Below are positions 40,064-53,300 of a DNA stretch of 64,000 nt, piece by piece. Made by a program: the position numbers and the translations under genes. The notes under the pieces were generated by a model that searched no databases, was not told the DNA's origin, and was given only the letters and a program-made list of their open reading frames with translations. The stretch's first letter is position 1; the number at the start of each line of letters is the position of its first letter. The stretch comes from Cycas panzhihuaensis (lineage: Eukaryota > Plantae > Cycadophyta): assembly GCA_023213395.1 (NCBI GenBank), contig CM041465.1:194749741-194813740 (forward strand), given 5' to 3'.

Positions 40064-43000
40064 TCTGCCTAAGTCCAAGCTTAGTGAGAATTCTTCTGAG
40101 CCAAATCAACTCTATAGTAGCATGGATGATTGCTTTGTATTCAACTTCAGTTGATGAGAGAGCAACATTGGGTTGCTTTTTGCAACTCTAAGAGATTACA
40201 ATTGAGTCTAAGTCAAAATAATATCTTAATGTTGAGTGGCATGTATCTTAGTAACTAGCCCAATCAACATCTGTATGTCCCTTTAGAATAAGTGATTCAG
40301 TCTTGTTGTACTCAAGGCCAAATTAATGAGTGCCACAGATATATTTAAGGATCCTAATGGCTACTTTCTAATGAGATGCTTTAGGTTGTGACATATACCT
40401 AGAATAGATTCCTACTATATATGAGATGTTTAGGCAAGTATGAAGGAGATAGATGAGACTCCTAAATAACTACCAGTACAAAGTAGGATCAAAAGGTTTT
40501 CCTTGTTTATCCAGGTTTAACTTGGTTTATATCTCCATGGGAATTGGTATAAGCTTATAATTTATCATCCTAAATCTTTCTAAGAGTTCATTGACATATT
40601 TAGTTTGAGTTAGGAGGATGTGTCCTAGTTCTTACCAAACTTTAATTCTAAGGAAGTAGTAGAGCAACCCAAGGTTAGTCATCTCAAAGTTGCTCTTTAA
40701 CTCTAATTAAAGCTAAGAAATTCTATCTCTATTATTTCCAATGATAGCAAGGTCATCCACATAAAGTATAATGATGGTAAGTAAATTATCTCTAATTTGA
40801 ATGTAGAGATCAAAATCAAAGGGTGAACGATTGAATCCATGCAGTGTGAGAAAGGCATCTATCTTTTCATACCAGGCATGTGGTACCTACTTGAGTCCAT
40901 AAAGGGATTTCTTAAGTCTATAAACTAAGTATTTTTCTCTTAGAATAACATAGCCTAGGGGTGTTTCAAGAAAACCTCTTCTTTGAGCTCTCCATTTAGG
41001 AAAGCACTCTTCACATCCATTTGGTAAATAGGCCATCCAAATTGGGCTATTAGAGACATAACCAAATAGAATGTGGTCATGTTGGCTACCGATGCAAAGG
41101 TCTCATCATAGTCAATTCCTTCCTACTGTTTGAAACCTCTTGCAACAAGGTGAGCTTTATGATGCTCTACGATGCCATCTGCATGGAACTTTATCTTGTA
41201 TAGCCATTTATAGTAATTGCTTTCTTCCCAAGTGGTAATTCAGTCAGATCCTAAGTGCTATTTTTTAAGATAAAATCCATCTCTTTATCCATAGATGCTT
41301 TTTATATTTGGTCTTTGATTGGCTCCTCAAATATGGAAGGCTCGAGTGTTTCAAGAACACATGCTATAAGAGCAAAGTTTATGGAGTGTCTCATCTTGGA
41401 AGGCCTTTTTGTAGTTGTGGGAGTAGAGGAGCATCCTTTAAAAGGTGTTGTACCCACTTAGGCAATGGTTGAAAGCTAATGGCTTCCACCTAAAGGTCAT
41501 TGATTGAAATGAGAAGCAAGTTTGTTCTTGCTTGAGTGGATGACAAAGAAGCTACTAGAACTAATAATGGAGCAAGAGTGTAGGAGGAAGCTGGTATAGG
41601 TGGCTCTAAAATTTATCTAAGGGCCACTTGTAACACACTAACTTTATTTGCTACTATAATCTAAGGTCGAAGAGGTGCCAGTTCCTATGGTTCTTCAGTA
41701 AAGATTACATCCTGTGTCATGTAAGCTTGGTTATTGACTGTGTTAAAGACTTTATAGGCTTTGCAACTAGGAACATAGCTAAGGAAGATGTACTTAAGGC
41801 TCTTGTCATTAAGCTCCTTTCCATTATCCTTTGGGATATGTTTTCATGCCTTGCATCCAAAGATCCTCAAGTGAGCTACAGATGGTTTCTAGCCTAACCA
41901 AGCTTCTTTGGGAGTTATATTCCTAACAACAACTATAGGACTTATGTTGGTCAGGTAAGCAGTCATGGTAATGGCATCAACCCAAAATCTAGTGTCAAGA
42001 TTAGTAACACTAAGCATGGATTTTCCTTTATTGATCAAAGTCTGATTCATCCTTTTAGCTATACAATTCTACTGAGGTGTATGAGGAGTAGAAAATTGAC
42101 GATGAATGCCATGTTCTTTACAAAAATTATTGAACTGATTTAAAATATACTCATCACCATTATCGGATCTAAGGATCTTGATTTTCATCCTACTTTTATT
42201 TTTTGCAGGAACTTTGAACTCTTTGAATCTGTCCAGGGCTTGATATCTATTTCTCAAAAAATAGACCCATACTTTCCTTGAGAAGTCATCTATAAGGGTG
42301 ATGAAATACCAACTACCATTAAGAGATTGGACAGAAATAAGGCCATAAATGTCATAGTAGACCAACTTTAATGGTTGTGAATCTCTCTATGAATTCTTGG
42401 AAGGGAATTTTTTTCTTTGCTATTTTCCCTTTAGGTATGTCTTACATATGTTATGGTATCTCTTAAATTTAGGTAGGTCATATACTATTTTTAGCCTAGA
42501 CATGAGGTTTAAGATTTATATATTTAAATGACCTAGGTATTGATGTTATAGGTGGTCTTTAGAGCTATTTGTAATCGCATCATCCTTTGAATAGGAGCAT
42601 TTTCTTAGTTCTTATATGCAAGGGAACTCTTCATCAATTACATCCTTCCCCTTATCAGATTGAGTTGTGTTGACCATTGAACATGATTCATGTTGTGGAG
42701 TAGTGGTAAGGGGCATACCATCTAGCCTGTATAAGCCACCATCTTCATGTCTTATGACCACAAGTCTACCTATAGCATGATCTATAATTTTACAAATACC
42801 TTGGCTAAAGAGGACATCTAAGTTATGCTTGTCCATTTGGCTAATGGAAAGTAGGTTCATCTTCATATCAGGTATAGGAACACATTGCTAATATGGTGTA
42901 TAATGTTGGAGTCCTTAAATGTTATTGGTGCCTTACCAATTTTGGTCATATTGTAAGTCAAGTTATTCCCAAATGTGACCATTTAAATGTTGATTGGTTG

Positions 43001-44524
43001 GGTCTCTTCCAACATCTTTTCAAAACTTGTCATGTGTCTCATTATACCATAATCAATCAACCATGTAGTCTCATTAAGTTATAATGAAAGTGCTACAAAG
43101 AACAGGTTATATGAGGAGGAGTCCTAACCATCTCTCATGTTTCCATCTTATTATTGATTATTCTATTGGTTCCTTTGATTTTTGTTTGAGAACTATTACC
43201 TATTTTGAGGTCTTTATCCTTGTGTGGGCCTTGGATTCTAATTCTACTGATAGAATTAGACTTGAGCTTGGTATGATAGGCCCACTTATAGGTAAAAAGG
43301 GCCTCCTTGTTATTGAATGGGACCACCTTGTTGATAATAAGGGCCTCTTTGTTTTGGAAAGGGGGCCTCTTTGAGGAGGGCATGGTCCTCTGTGTTGATA
43401 AGAAACTTCTTGTCTTTGTTGATTATAATTAGGATCTCCTTGATGGTATGAGGGTGCTCCTTGTTAATAAATGGGGGGTGGTTGTTGATAAAATGATCCA
43501 TATACTTAGCTCCCTTAGTTCTACAAGAGTTGTAGATCAACATGTCATCTCTTGCATTCAATAACTAGATGTCCAGTTTTTCTATAATAGAGGTAGGTGA
43601 CATTTAGTTTGCCTTACTGATTCTTTTGAGATGGTCCCTATGGGTGGTGCTGCAACTATTGAGACTGCTAAGTTAGACAGGAGGAGGAGGAGGTATCAAC
43701 AAGTTGCTGCTAAGTTAGTTGCTGATATGACTCTTGTGATATGGAGAGAGAGTCCAAGTGTTAAGTTAGGTCTTATTGTTAATTAAGCTAGTGGGTTACT
43801 TTATTAACAGTCTTGCCCTTTTCTGAGTTTTAGGCTACAAAGGGTGGAGATGATTCAGATGTCAATGTTATCCCTAGTCAATTAGGCATATTCTCCTCTC
43901 AAAGTAAGAGACCTTCAAAGGTTATAAAGTCTATCTTAGAGTAATTATTATGTAACATGGATATGAAGGACTTGTATTCAATGGGTAGAATGTTAATGAT
44001 ACTAGAAATTAATTCATGATCAAAAGGTGGCTCTCCAAGGATAATGAGTTAGTTTCTCATAGTTTTAACTTTAGTTAAATGATTGGTAATATTACTGGCA
44101 AAGGGAATAGAAAATAGATAGGTTGTTAGTGTCAAAGATCTAGATTTATATTTTATCTTATAGAGGGCACATAGTATTTTCCATGCCTCATGAGATGTTT
44201 GTGCAGTTTTGATATTTTGATCCACTTGATCTTCAACTACCAATTGGAGAAAGGATAATGCTATACGATCAGGTGGAATAGTTTTAGTATAATCATTAGG
44301 GTCTAGTATAGGAATGGGAAGAGGTATGTCCCCATTGATAAAGGCCCAAAATTCATTCATGATAAGCAAGTTTTTGACTTACTTCTTCTAAGTAATGAAG
44401 TTATTTATACCATTGAGTTTGATGGTATTTGAAAGGAGGATTTAAGATGCCATATTTCAAAGGTTTTTGTATTTGATTTTATTTATTTATTTATTTTCTA
44501 AAGATTTTATGTGATAAGTTACTA

Positions 44525-44960
44525 ATTTACCTAAGTGGCTTCTAATCTAGAATTCTAAGGCTAAGGATCTCCAAGAATGCTCTCGATTACTATCATGTTT
44601 AATGGTGCTTGATCACAAGTGGTAAACTAGGGACCTGATATACTGGTACATGAGCTCAAAGGATTGATATACCTCCGTATATAGGCTATAGAGAAGGTCC
44701 TAATTCCCTCCTTGATTTATTTCCTCACTTGCACCAGTCTTATGCTGAACGACAAATCTAGTGGTGAGAACTTACTAACCAAGGCACTCACCCCCCTCAG
44801 TCTAGCCTAATCTCCATACTCTAAACGAAAGGGTCTTCACCTTAACCTACCACTAATTACACCTGATAGCTAATGACATTCCTCATCCAATACGAGTAGT
44901 CCAAGGACATGTGTGGGGTGGTAACTTCAAGGGTCCTAACCATTCCCTTTGCAAGGCTAG
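44525..44960 (-). promoter_or_regulatory. GC-richer island in the Copia C 5' leader sharing ordered motifs with the A/B leader element
   Basis: GGAGGTATAT (44667-76), CTTG-loop-CAAGCAC (44605-19) and TAGAAGCC..TAGG (44530-44) occur in the same order as in A/B, just upstream of gag. Confidence 0.45.
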
Positions 44961-47900
44961 AAAAATAGGGTTCCATTCATGAGTTATCTTTTTTAATGTA
45001 AAAATTTAATTTTTAAAGTGAGTTTATTATAAGAAAGAGGTTCCTTTTAAAGTAATAAATGAAATGAAAATGAAATAAAGTAAATTAAAATGACAAGGGT
45101 AGGTTTAGAAAGCTCTTGATGGGCTAAGATTAAGAATGAACTTTGTCAATATTGTAAGAGTAATACCTACATAAGAAACATTACTATGCCCTAATTAGCC
45201 TTAAAAATTAGAATTGAACAACTGAAAAAGATAAGCCACAACCTAATTTAGCAAAAAAAACCTCAAAGGAATTGAAAAATACCTTCAAATATTGAAAAAT
45301 AAGGTTCAAATAACTTAAACATAAAGGCTAATTTGAGTGGATAATATCTCTAATAAATTAGCCCTAAATCTAACTTAATTTAATTTTAAGATATAGAGCT
45401 CTAAATCTACTTTCCGTTGCTTGATGGTTCACAAAACGGATACATAGTTGAGGAGATATCATAGAAATAGTACAAGTGCCTTTTTATGCCTAAAAAATAA
45501 ATGAAAATAGGGTTGAGCCCCCTTTAGATTGGCGCCTGGTCACTTGTAGGCCCTACGTGACCACTTACTAACACTACTAAGTGGCTAACATGTGTGAAAT
45601 ATTATCCAAAGGAATTAAATAAAATTTAAAGGTAAAAAATAATTAAATTTAGTTTATTTAACTTTGAAATCTACCTTTAAGTCATTTAAAATAGTCATAT
45701 GTAGCATTAATATGATCAAACAGAGGGGATAAATCATATCTAAGTGAAGTATCAATTCTAGTTTAATGTCATTTCACTAAAGTAACTGACCATATGATAA
45801 AAAGAATAAAAAAATTTAATATTTTGGGGCCGCACAGCCTGTGCGTGAGGTGTACGAGCCTCGTGGAGGATCCAGAGCTTCGAAACCTCATCAAATCTCC
45901 ACTAAACTTTATAAAATCATAGGGGGGCGCAATATACAGATGAAGCTCTAAGAATAAGAGGTACTATAAATGATTCCCCGAACTAGGAGAATGAGGCTGC
46001 CAAAGTCTGGGGGTCTTCGTAGACTATATGAAGAGAAACAAAGTTAGATACATCCCAAAACTACCTCAAAACTCCTCTGTCAGTCACTAGGAATGAGTGC
46101 AGGGCTACTACAAACACCAGTAAAGCTCCAACAAGTGAAAATAATTAATAATAGAGTTGCAATGAATAAAAACCTTAATTTTTCTCATGTTTTCTTCATA
46201 AAAAATGGTCAAAACCCTAGATGGCTATAAACATGCATTAAAATCTAATATGTGAGGGTAAAATCTCTTACAACCAGCTACGTATATGCTCCAAAACTAT
46301 AAAAACCTTCATATTTACCAAAGAACGTGAATACATTAAGAAAAATAAGCTTAAAATCACCAAAATACTTTTAAATCAGGCATGCACTCACTCTGATACC
46401 ATTCTAAAATATCATAATCTTTATACATGTACCCTGATTCGAGTATAATGAGCAATACAATGATAAATAATTAACACAATATGCAAATGAACTTACACAA
46501 TGAACAAGCAAGATTATAGGTGAATTCATCACTTCATAGGCTCTCTATCAGGCAAAGCTTCCACATTAATCATAGAACCATATATTATATAAATGTATGG
46601 GGTAATATGGCTAGTCATCCACTAAGATAATAATGCATTTTGATAAGCCAACTTAACAGCATAAGAGGTGGACCCGACCTCACTATACAAACTGATTAAA
46701 TTACATCAAAGGGTCCTTTAGTACAATATGTATAATAAGATATATAACTAAGAGGAAATGAGATGATATTAGTTATTTTAACAAGAAATACACTTGTTGG
46801 GGTTTAGGTAAAGTTGATATTTTTTATATATTTTAAAGATGGTTCTTAGGTAGAGAGCATGGCCTTTTGATGTTGTGATAAAACTAACATATCATTGAGG
46901 TATACAACTATGATGCATCCTAATAACTCGTGAAAAATAAAGACCATGACTTGTTGGTAAGTTATACCAATGTTTTTGAGGCTGAAGGGCATAACATTAT
47001 AAATAAATATACCCTAAGGGGTAGTGAAGGTAGTAGTATTATGGTAGTCTTTAGGAGAGATAAATATTTAATTATAGCCTGAGAAACCATCCATGAGGGA
47101 CATTAGCTCAAATCGATTGGTCTAGTCCTAAATTCGATTAATAAAAGGGACTAAAAGGTTATCTTTAGGACAAGAATTGTTTACATCATAAAAGTCAATA
47201 CAAATGCAAATAGAGCCATTCTTTTTAGTGATGGGGATAATGCTAGAAACCCATTAGGAATAATCAATTGATTTAATAAATCTTACATTAAGGAGTTTTT
47301 AAACTTCTTGTTTAATGGTAACAAATAGTCATGGGTGAATGGGCCTTTGTTTTCTACACTTAGGTTTGGTTGTAGGTAAAGTGGTGATATTATAAACTAC
47401 AACATTTGGATAAAGGCCCTTCATGTTAGAATAGTCCCATGCAAAAATGGAGGAAAACTCAATAAAGAGGTCATATAATTATTCTACTTTAAAAGGGATA
47501 TAACTAACATAAACCTTGATTATTTAGGACTCCTCTTGAGTTCCTAAATTTACATCGATGATATCCTTAACTAGCATAGTATTTCCTTCTTTAAAATAGG
47601 AAGGGGATAGATCAAGAGGCAATGGAGAAGGGATTGGTTGATGGTTATAGGTAGATGAGCATGAATTTGAATGAATACATTTGGAAAAGCCTAGTTTATG
47701 ATAATTGGATGGTAAATTAGGAGAGGAGTCTACCAAATGTTCAAGAATCACCTTATCATTGTCAAAGTAGTCTAGGTGAAAGATGTTCTTTAGAAGATAC
47801 TGAGTATAAGGAAGTTCACTTGCATCATTTGATTGGGACAATAGAGGAGCTAATGGAATATGAATAACATCTATAAGAGGAGGTGTTATTTGTAAAGACG

Positions 47901-50392
47901 AGGTTTAAACATGAAAAGTTTAATCAAGTTGTGACAACATATGAGATCAAGTAGGCATATTTGATTGGGTTATAATATAATTGAAGGAGTCAAATGTCAA
48001 AGGTAAGACATGTGATGATTCATATTCTTTTGATTAAGAAGAGGAAGTGTTTTGTAGGGGAGTAATAGTAATCATATGGATCGATTTAGCTTCATCATGA
48101 TTGGAATGAAACATGAAGTTAGAGTTAAAATATTGACCAAACCCTAATGAAGTCTTGAATGGTTTTGACTAACATAATAGATTTTTGTATAGGTTTATTC
48201 TTGTGTTTGATGACTTTAAGTTCTCTTTCATATACAAATTTGAGTATGCCAAAGAGAGAAGAGCAAACTGCTAATAGTTAGTTGATACAGGGTTGACCAA
48301 GGAGCATGTTAAATTCAAAGTTAGCGTCAATAATGGTGACTTTAGCCATGATAGCCTTACCTTCTAATGTAAGAGGAAGGGTTACTTAGCCTATGGGGTT
48401 TTTTTATTTTTATCATAGCCCTATTAGACCCAATCAACTAGTTTACAAGTTGAAATTTTTAGGTCTTGTAGGAGGCATAATGGAATGATATTAATAGAGG
48501 ATCCTTCATTTACTACTCACCTTTAATTTTTAATGTCATCTTTTATTATTTCAATGTAGAAAGTGGTGGTTTCATTATTATTTCATCTTTCTTCATATTA
48601 TAAGAGATTAAGATGAAAGACAACAATAGGGTTTCTAGGAAAACTAGGTCTAAGAACTCCTAGGTTGTCTAAAAGGAGTTGTCTTTTATCGTGATAACTT
48701 TTTAGAAGACCCATGATTAAGATTCTTGTTGGAATGGTCTTCATCTCTTCAACAAGTGAAAAAGACCTTCTTTAGTTAATTTTGGGATAGATCTAAAATG
48801 AATAGGCCTGATGGGTAATTGAGGAGGTGATTCATAGGACTTATCCTTTAGTGGAATGTCAGAATCATAGGTTTTGGTTGAGGTAGAAGCTTTGTAGGCT
48901 TCCACCATATTGGTGGTTTTCTCAGCTTCTTCACCTTTTATGGGTAATTTATTTTAAGGGTTGTTTGTTTTGATTCCATGTTTGTTTAGAGAAGATCTCT
49001 TAAATGTTTATTTAAGCTTTGAGTCTGAAGAGTCATGATTGTATTACATTTTTGTCTTTCCTTTATCTTGTGACACATTCTTATTATGGTTAGGTAACGA
49101 GTCTTTATAAATCAATTGATCTTGATTAGTCTTGAAGGTGGGTTTTTCATTAACTTGGCAACATTTAAGAATAGCTTTAAGTTTGTAGTACTACTCATGA
49201 TCATGAGTATTAGTTTGGTGGTAGATGCACCATGGCATCTTCTTGGAAGGAACAACATTTAGGGGCTAGTCCTTCTTTTGTTCAACACATTGTATAAGTT
49301 TGGCTTCTTTTTTAGTTTCAAGATTGGAGTTAGTATCTACTTATAGTTTTATATTGATTGATCTTTCTAATGCTCAAATGGTAAAAGTAAGGTGATTATC
49401 TGTACAATCACCTTAAATAAGTTTGATTTCAATTGATGAGGTAAGTTTGTCCTTAGGAATAGAGGGTTTAGATAGTTTCTTAATTCTAGCCTATATCTTA
49501 AAGGCTTCAAAGGAAAGGCATTTCTCAATGGCATCTTCATATGATGAAGGTATTAGTTTAAGGATCTTGAGATGGACTTGAGGTCTTAAGGTTGAAGGAA
49601 GGATGGATCTAGGGAATAAATCACTCACATGTATACAATGGCAATGAAGAATGAAAAAGATATAAAATAAGATATGAGAGCAAGTTTGGAAGTGAGAATG
49701 AATAATTACTTACTCCTTAAGATTTCTCCTTTTATTATAGAGGGTGAGCATTAGGGTCAGGATTTTCCTGCCTAATGACATGAACCCGAAATTACATCTA
49801 AATATACATAAAGTACATTTTATTAAGAGACCAATGCTAACAATATATCCAAAAGTCATATAGTTAATTCACACAAATGACCTTGATACATTAACCTCTT
49901 TTAATCCCCCCTTAATGGTGGAATGTTATTTTTGAAAAAATCTATTCTATGAGGTCTTCATTTGAGCCTCATTATTACATTGAAATTCTAAATGACACTT
50001 TTATGGAAAAACCCTCATGGGGAATAAAAACCCACGAACTTTCTAAGATCTATAGCCTCTTTTATAAGTCAAAATGACTAAGGTGGCTCTTTGATGTAGC
50101 TTGATATCCAAGTAACTTAAATATGCAACTTAATCTGCTAAGTCTCCATATACTGTTTGGTCACCCCTTATGCCCTTTTGGGTTTTCATAGGTTATGATT
50201 TTCCAAAACTAATACAACCCTTATCCTCCCGTGCCTACATGGGGTTTTCACAAATATGATAAAGCAGAGACTTACTCTTATTCTTCTGTGCCCACAAGGG
50301 GTTTTCACAAAGAGAATAGAGTATGATGATCCTGTTGCCATCTTTATTGATTAGTCAAAGATGGTGGCCCTAAGGCCACACTGCCTTTAGAA

Positions 50393-53300
50393 CTATTTAA
50401 ACTTCACCGTTTGCAGTGGTTTGGTGAAGATATCAACCACTTGATCTGTTGTGGTACAGTATTCTAGTTGAATTGTGCCCTCATGAACAAGTTCTTTAAT
50501 CTTGTGGACTTTCGTACTTATGTGTTTGGTATGATCATGAAATACAAAATTTTTTACCATGTAGATTATTGGTTGATTATCTATATCAAGACCGATATGA
50601 CTTGTTTGGGCAATATTCAATGTTTCTAATAATTTTCTAAGCCATATCACCTCCTTACTTGTCTCAGAAGCAGCAATGTATTCAGCTTTGCCAGTTGAAT
50701 CTGCAACTATCTTTTGTCGTCTAGATCTCCATGATACTGGTGCTATTCCAAGAAATGTTACATACCCAGATGTAGATCTTCTTGTATCTTTATCTCTTGC
50801 AAAGTCTGAGTCTATGTATATAGAAAGCTTCAAGTCTAAATTAGGTTCATACAATAGACCATATTTACTAGTCGTCTTAAGGTATCTCAATACTCACACT
50901 ACTACCTGCTAATGATTCTACTTAGGATTTATCATGTAACGAGTAAGAATGCTAATAGAGTGTGCAATATCTGGCCTTGTATTGGTAGTGTAGATGAGAC
51001 TACCTATAAGTTTCCTATAGAGTGTTGCGTCTACCTCCCTAGTGTCACCTTTAGCTAGGAGTTTGGTATTAGGGTCTATAGGTAATATCACTGGTCAAAC
51101 ATCTTCTAATTAAAACTTGGTTAGAAGATCGTTGATGTATTTTTCTTGGGAGAGAAAAAATTTTCCATTCTTTTATGTTACTTCAATTCCTAAGTAATAT
51201 TTCATCAAACTAAGGTTAGACAATTTGAACATTTTGCCAAGGTCCTTTTTTAGTTGGCTTATTACCTATTCACTATTACTCATTACTAGCATGTCATCCA
51301 CAAAGATTATGAGATAAGTGACTTTATCCTTATGATGCTTGATGAACAATGTTACATCAATATCTTGGTAGTCACAAACCTTATATCCAAGTTACCTCAT
51401 TCTTTTAGACAACTTGGCGAACCAAGCACAAGGGGCTTGTTTAAGTCCATACAAGGACTTTTTGAGCCTACAAACCTTATGCTCTTGACCTTCGATCTCA
51501 TATCCTTTTGGCTAAGCCATGTAAATTTCTTCTTCAAGATCTCCATTAAGAAACACGATCTTAATATCGAGTTGGTAGATTTTCTAACCCTATTGAGCAA
51601 CCAAGGCCACAAGAGTTCTAATTATAGGCCACTTGGTTGTAAGTGCAAAGACTTCAGTGTAGTTGATACCTTTCCTTTGTATAAATCCTTTAGCTACCAA
51701 CTTCACCTTGTGTTTTTTAAGGATGCCATATGATCTATATTTGTTTTTGAACATCTGTTTATTTTGAACTACCTTTCTGCCAAGTGGTAGATCAATGAGC
51801 TCCCATGTACCATTCTTGATAAGAGATTGGTACTCTTCGTTCATGGCATTTCTCCAAGCTGTATGCTTTATAACTTCTTAGTACATTAAGGGCTCTTCAT
51901 TAAGAGTAAGGTATAGTTTTATTGGTTCAAGCTCAGTATATAATGATTCCTACATCCTTGCTCTATGGGCACTTTGAGTGCCAGTTTTGCCCACCTCATC
52001 TGGTCATATGTCCTTATTGAATTCGCAGGCTTTTTGAGATCCTTGAGTTAGGAATGAAGTCCTCATTTCCTCAACTTCTTGGTTCTTATCTTGTTCATTA
52101 AAATGATTATTTTATGAGGAGGATGTTGATGCACTTGAGGAAGATAGTCCTTCTACCACTATTTTGCCTTTGTCGACTGAAGGTGGAGAGGATGGTTTTT
52201 CTATAATGGCTTTGCCTTTGTTAACTCTACTATCTTCAAAGGATGGTATTGGATGTGCACTCATTAGTTCAGAGTCACAATTTATATCCTCTGATGCTCT
52301 ATTATCAGCTTCCAATATTTAGAGTAATTTATGTTTGTCCCCCCGTCAAATTTTGGAATATGAACATCATACTTGATAACATGATTATAACGACGTGAGG
52401 GTACTTTGGAGTCCGGTTTAAGTAATTGATCCTCTGTCTCTAGAAAAATGACATCTCTAGTAATAATGATTTTTCATTGTGAAGGTATAAAGATCTTATG
52501 CCCTTTCTTATCCATAGGGTATCCAACAAAGATGCCTTTAAGTGCCCTTTACTAGAGTTTATTTTGATCTACATCTAGAATGTGGGCATAGCATGCAGAG
52601 CTAAAAATTTTAAAATAGTGAACAATAGGGGCTTGTAGTGACCACTTTTCATTAGGTACTTGTCCTTCCTTTGATGGGATAACAATATTGATATAATAAA
52701 CGACTATCCAAATAACTTCATCCTATAAGCAGGTAAGTATATTTTTATATATCAACATAGCCCGAACCATGTTCATGATTGTCCTGTTCATGCACTCGAC
52801 AACTCCATTTTGTTGTGGGGCACTTACTACTATTGTTTTATGCTTGATGCCAATGTTTCAAAGGTAGCTTTCAAACTCATGTGAGGTATATTCGTCACCA
52901 TTATCAATTTGAAGACATTTGAGTTGATAACCTGACTCTTTTTCAGTGAGGGCTTTGAATTCTTTAAATACACGGAAGGCTTTATCTTTCTTGTGTAGAA
53001 AAGCTACCCATACTTTTCTAGTAAAAACATAAATGAAAGAGATGTAATATAATTTATCCTTTAGTAAAGGAATGTGTATTGGCCTTTACAAATCAAAGTG
53101 TACCAATTGTAATAGATGGTTCAATTTCCACTATCTTTTGGGAAAGGGTTGTCGATGAGATTTGACAATGATACAAGCTTCACATTTAAAGGGCTTAGAG
53201 GAGAACTTTGGAAGATTTGGAAGAGTATTTGAAAGATCTCTAAGTCTATCAATGTGAATATGGCCCATGCAAGCATGCCAAAGAGCTTCTGGTGACAACA

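Larger units (their letters stand above)
36859..46783 (-). mobile_element. Ty1/copia element C, full length, inserted in the RT of element D
   Basis: 3' LTR 36859-37241 and 5' LTR 46402-46783 (~383 bp); PBS TGGTATCAGAG 46391-46401; PPT AAGGGGGGT 37242-37250; TSD AAAAA/AGAAA. Disrupted gag-pol from ATG 44453 to ~37270 (LRSDNGDEY..TPHTPQ; QMDVKSAFLNG; LYVDDL; RTKHIEVHHHFI). Removing it restores host LNPNKCISIVTSRK in frame. Confidence 0.95.

Noticed and set aside
37507-40070. Alternative insertion boundaries using a perfect AAGTC/AAGTC TSD
   Set aside because: This gives a non-CA right end and breaks the host RNase H frame, whereas 37510-40063 gives TG..CA ends and an in-frame host.
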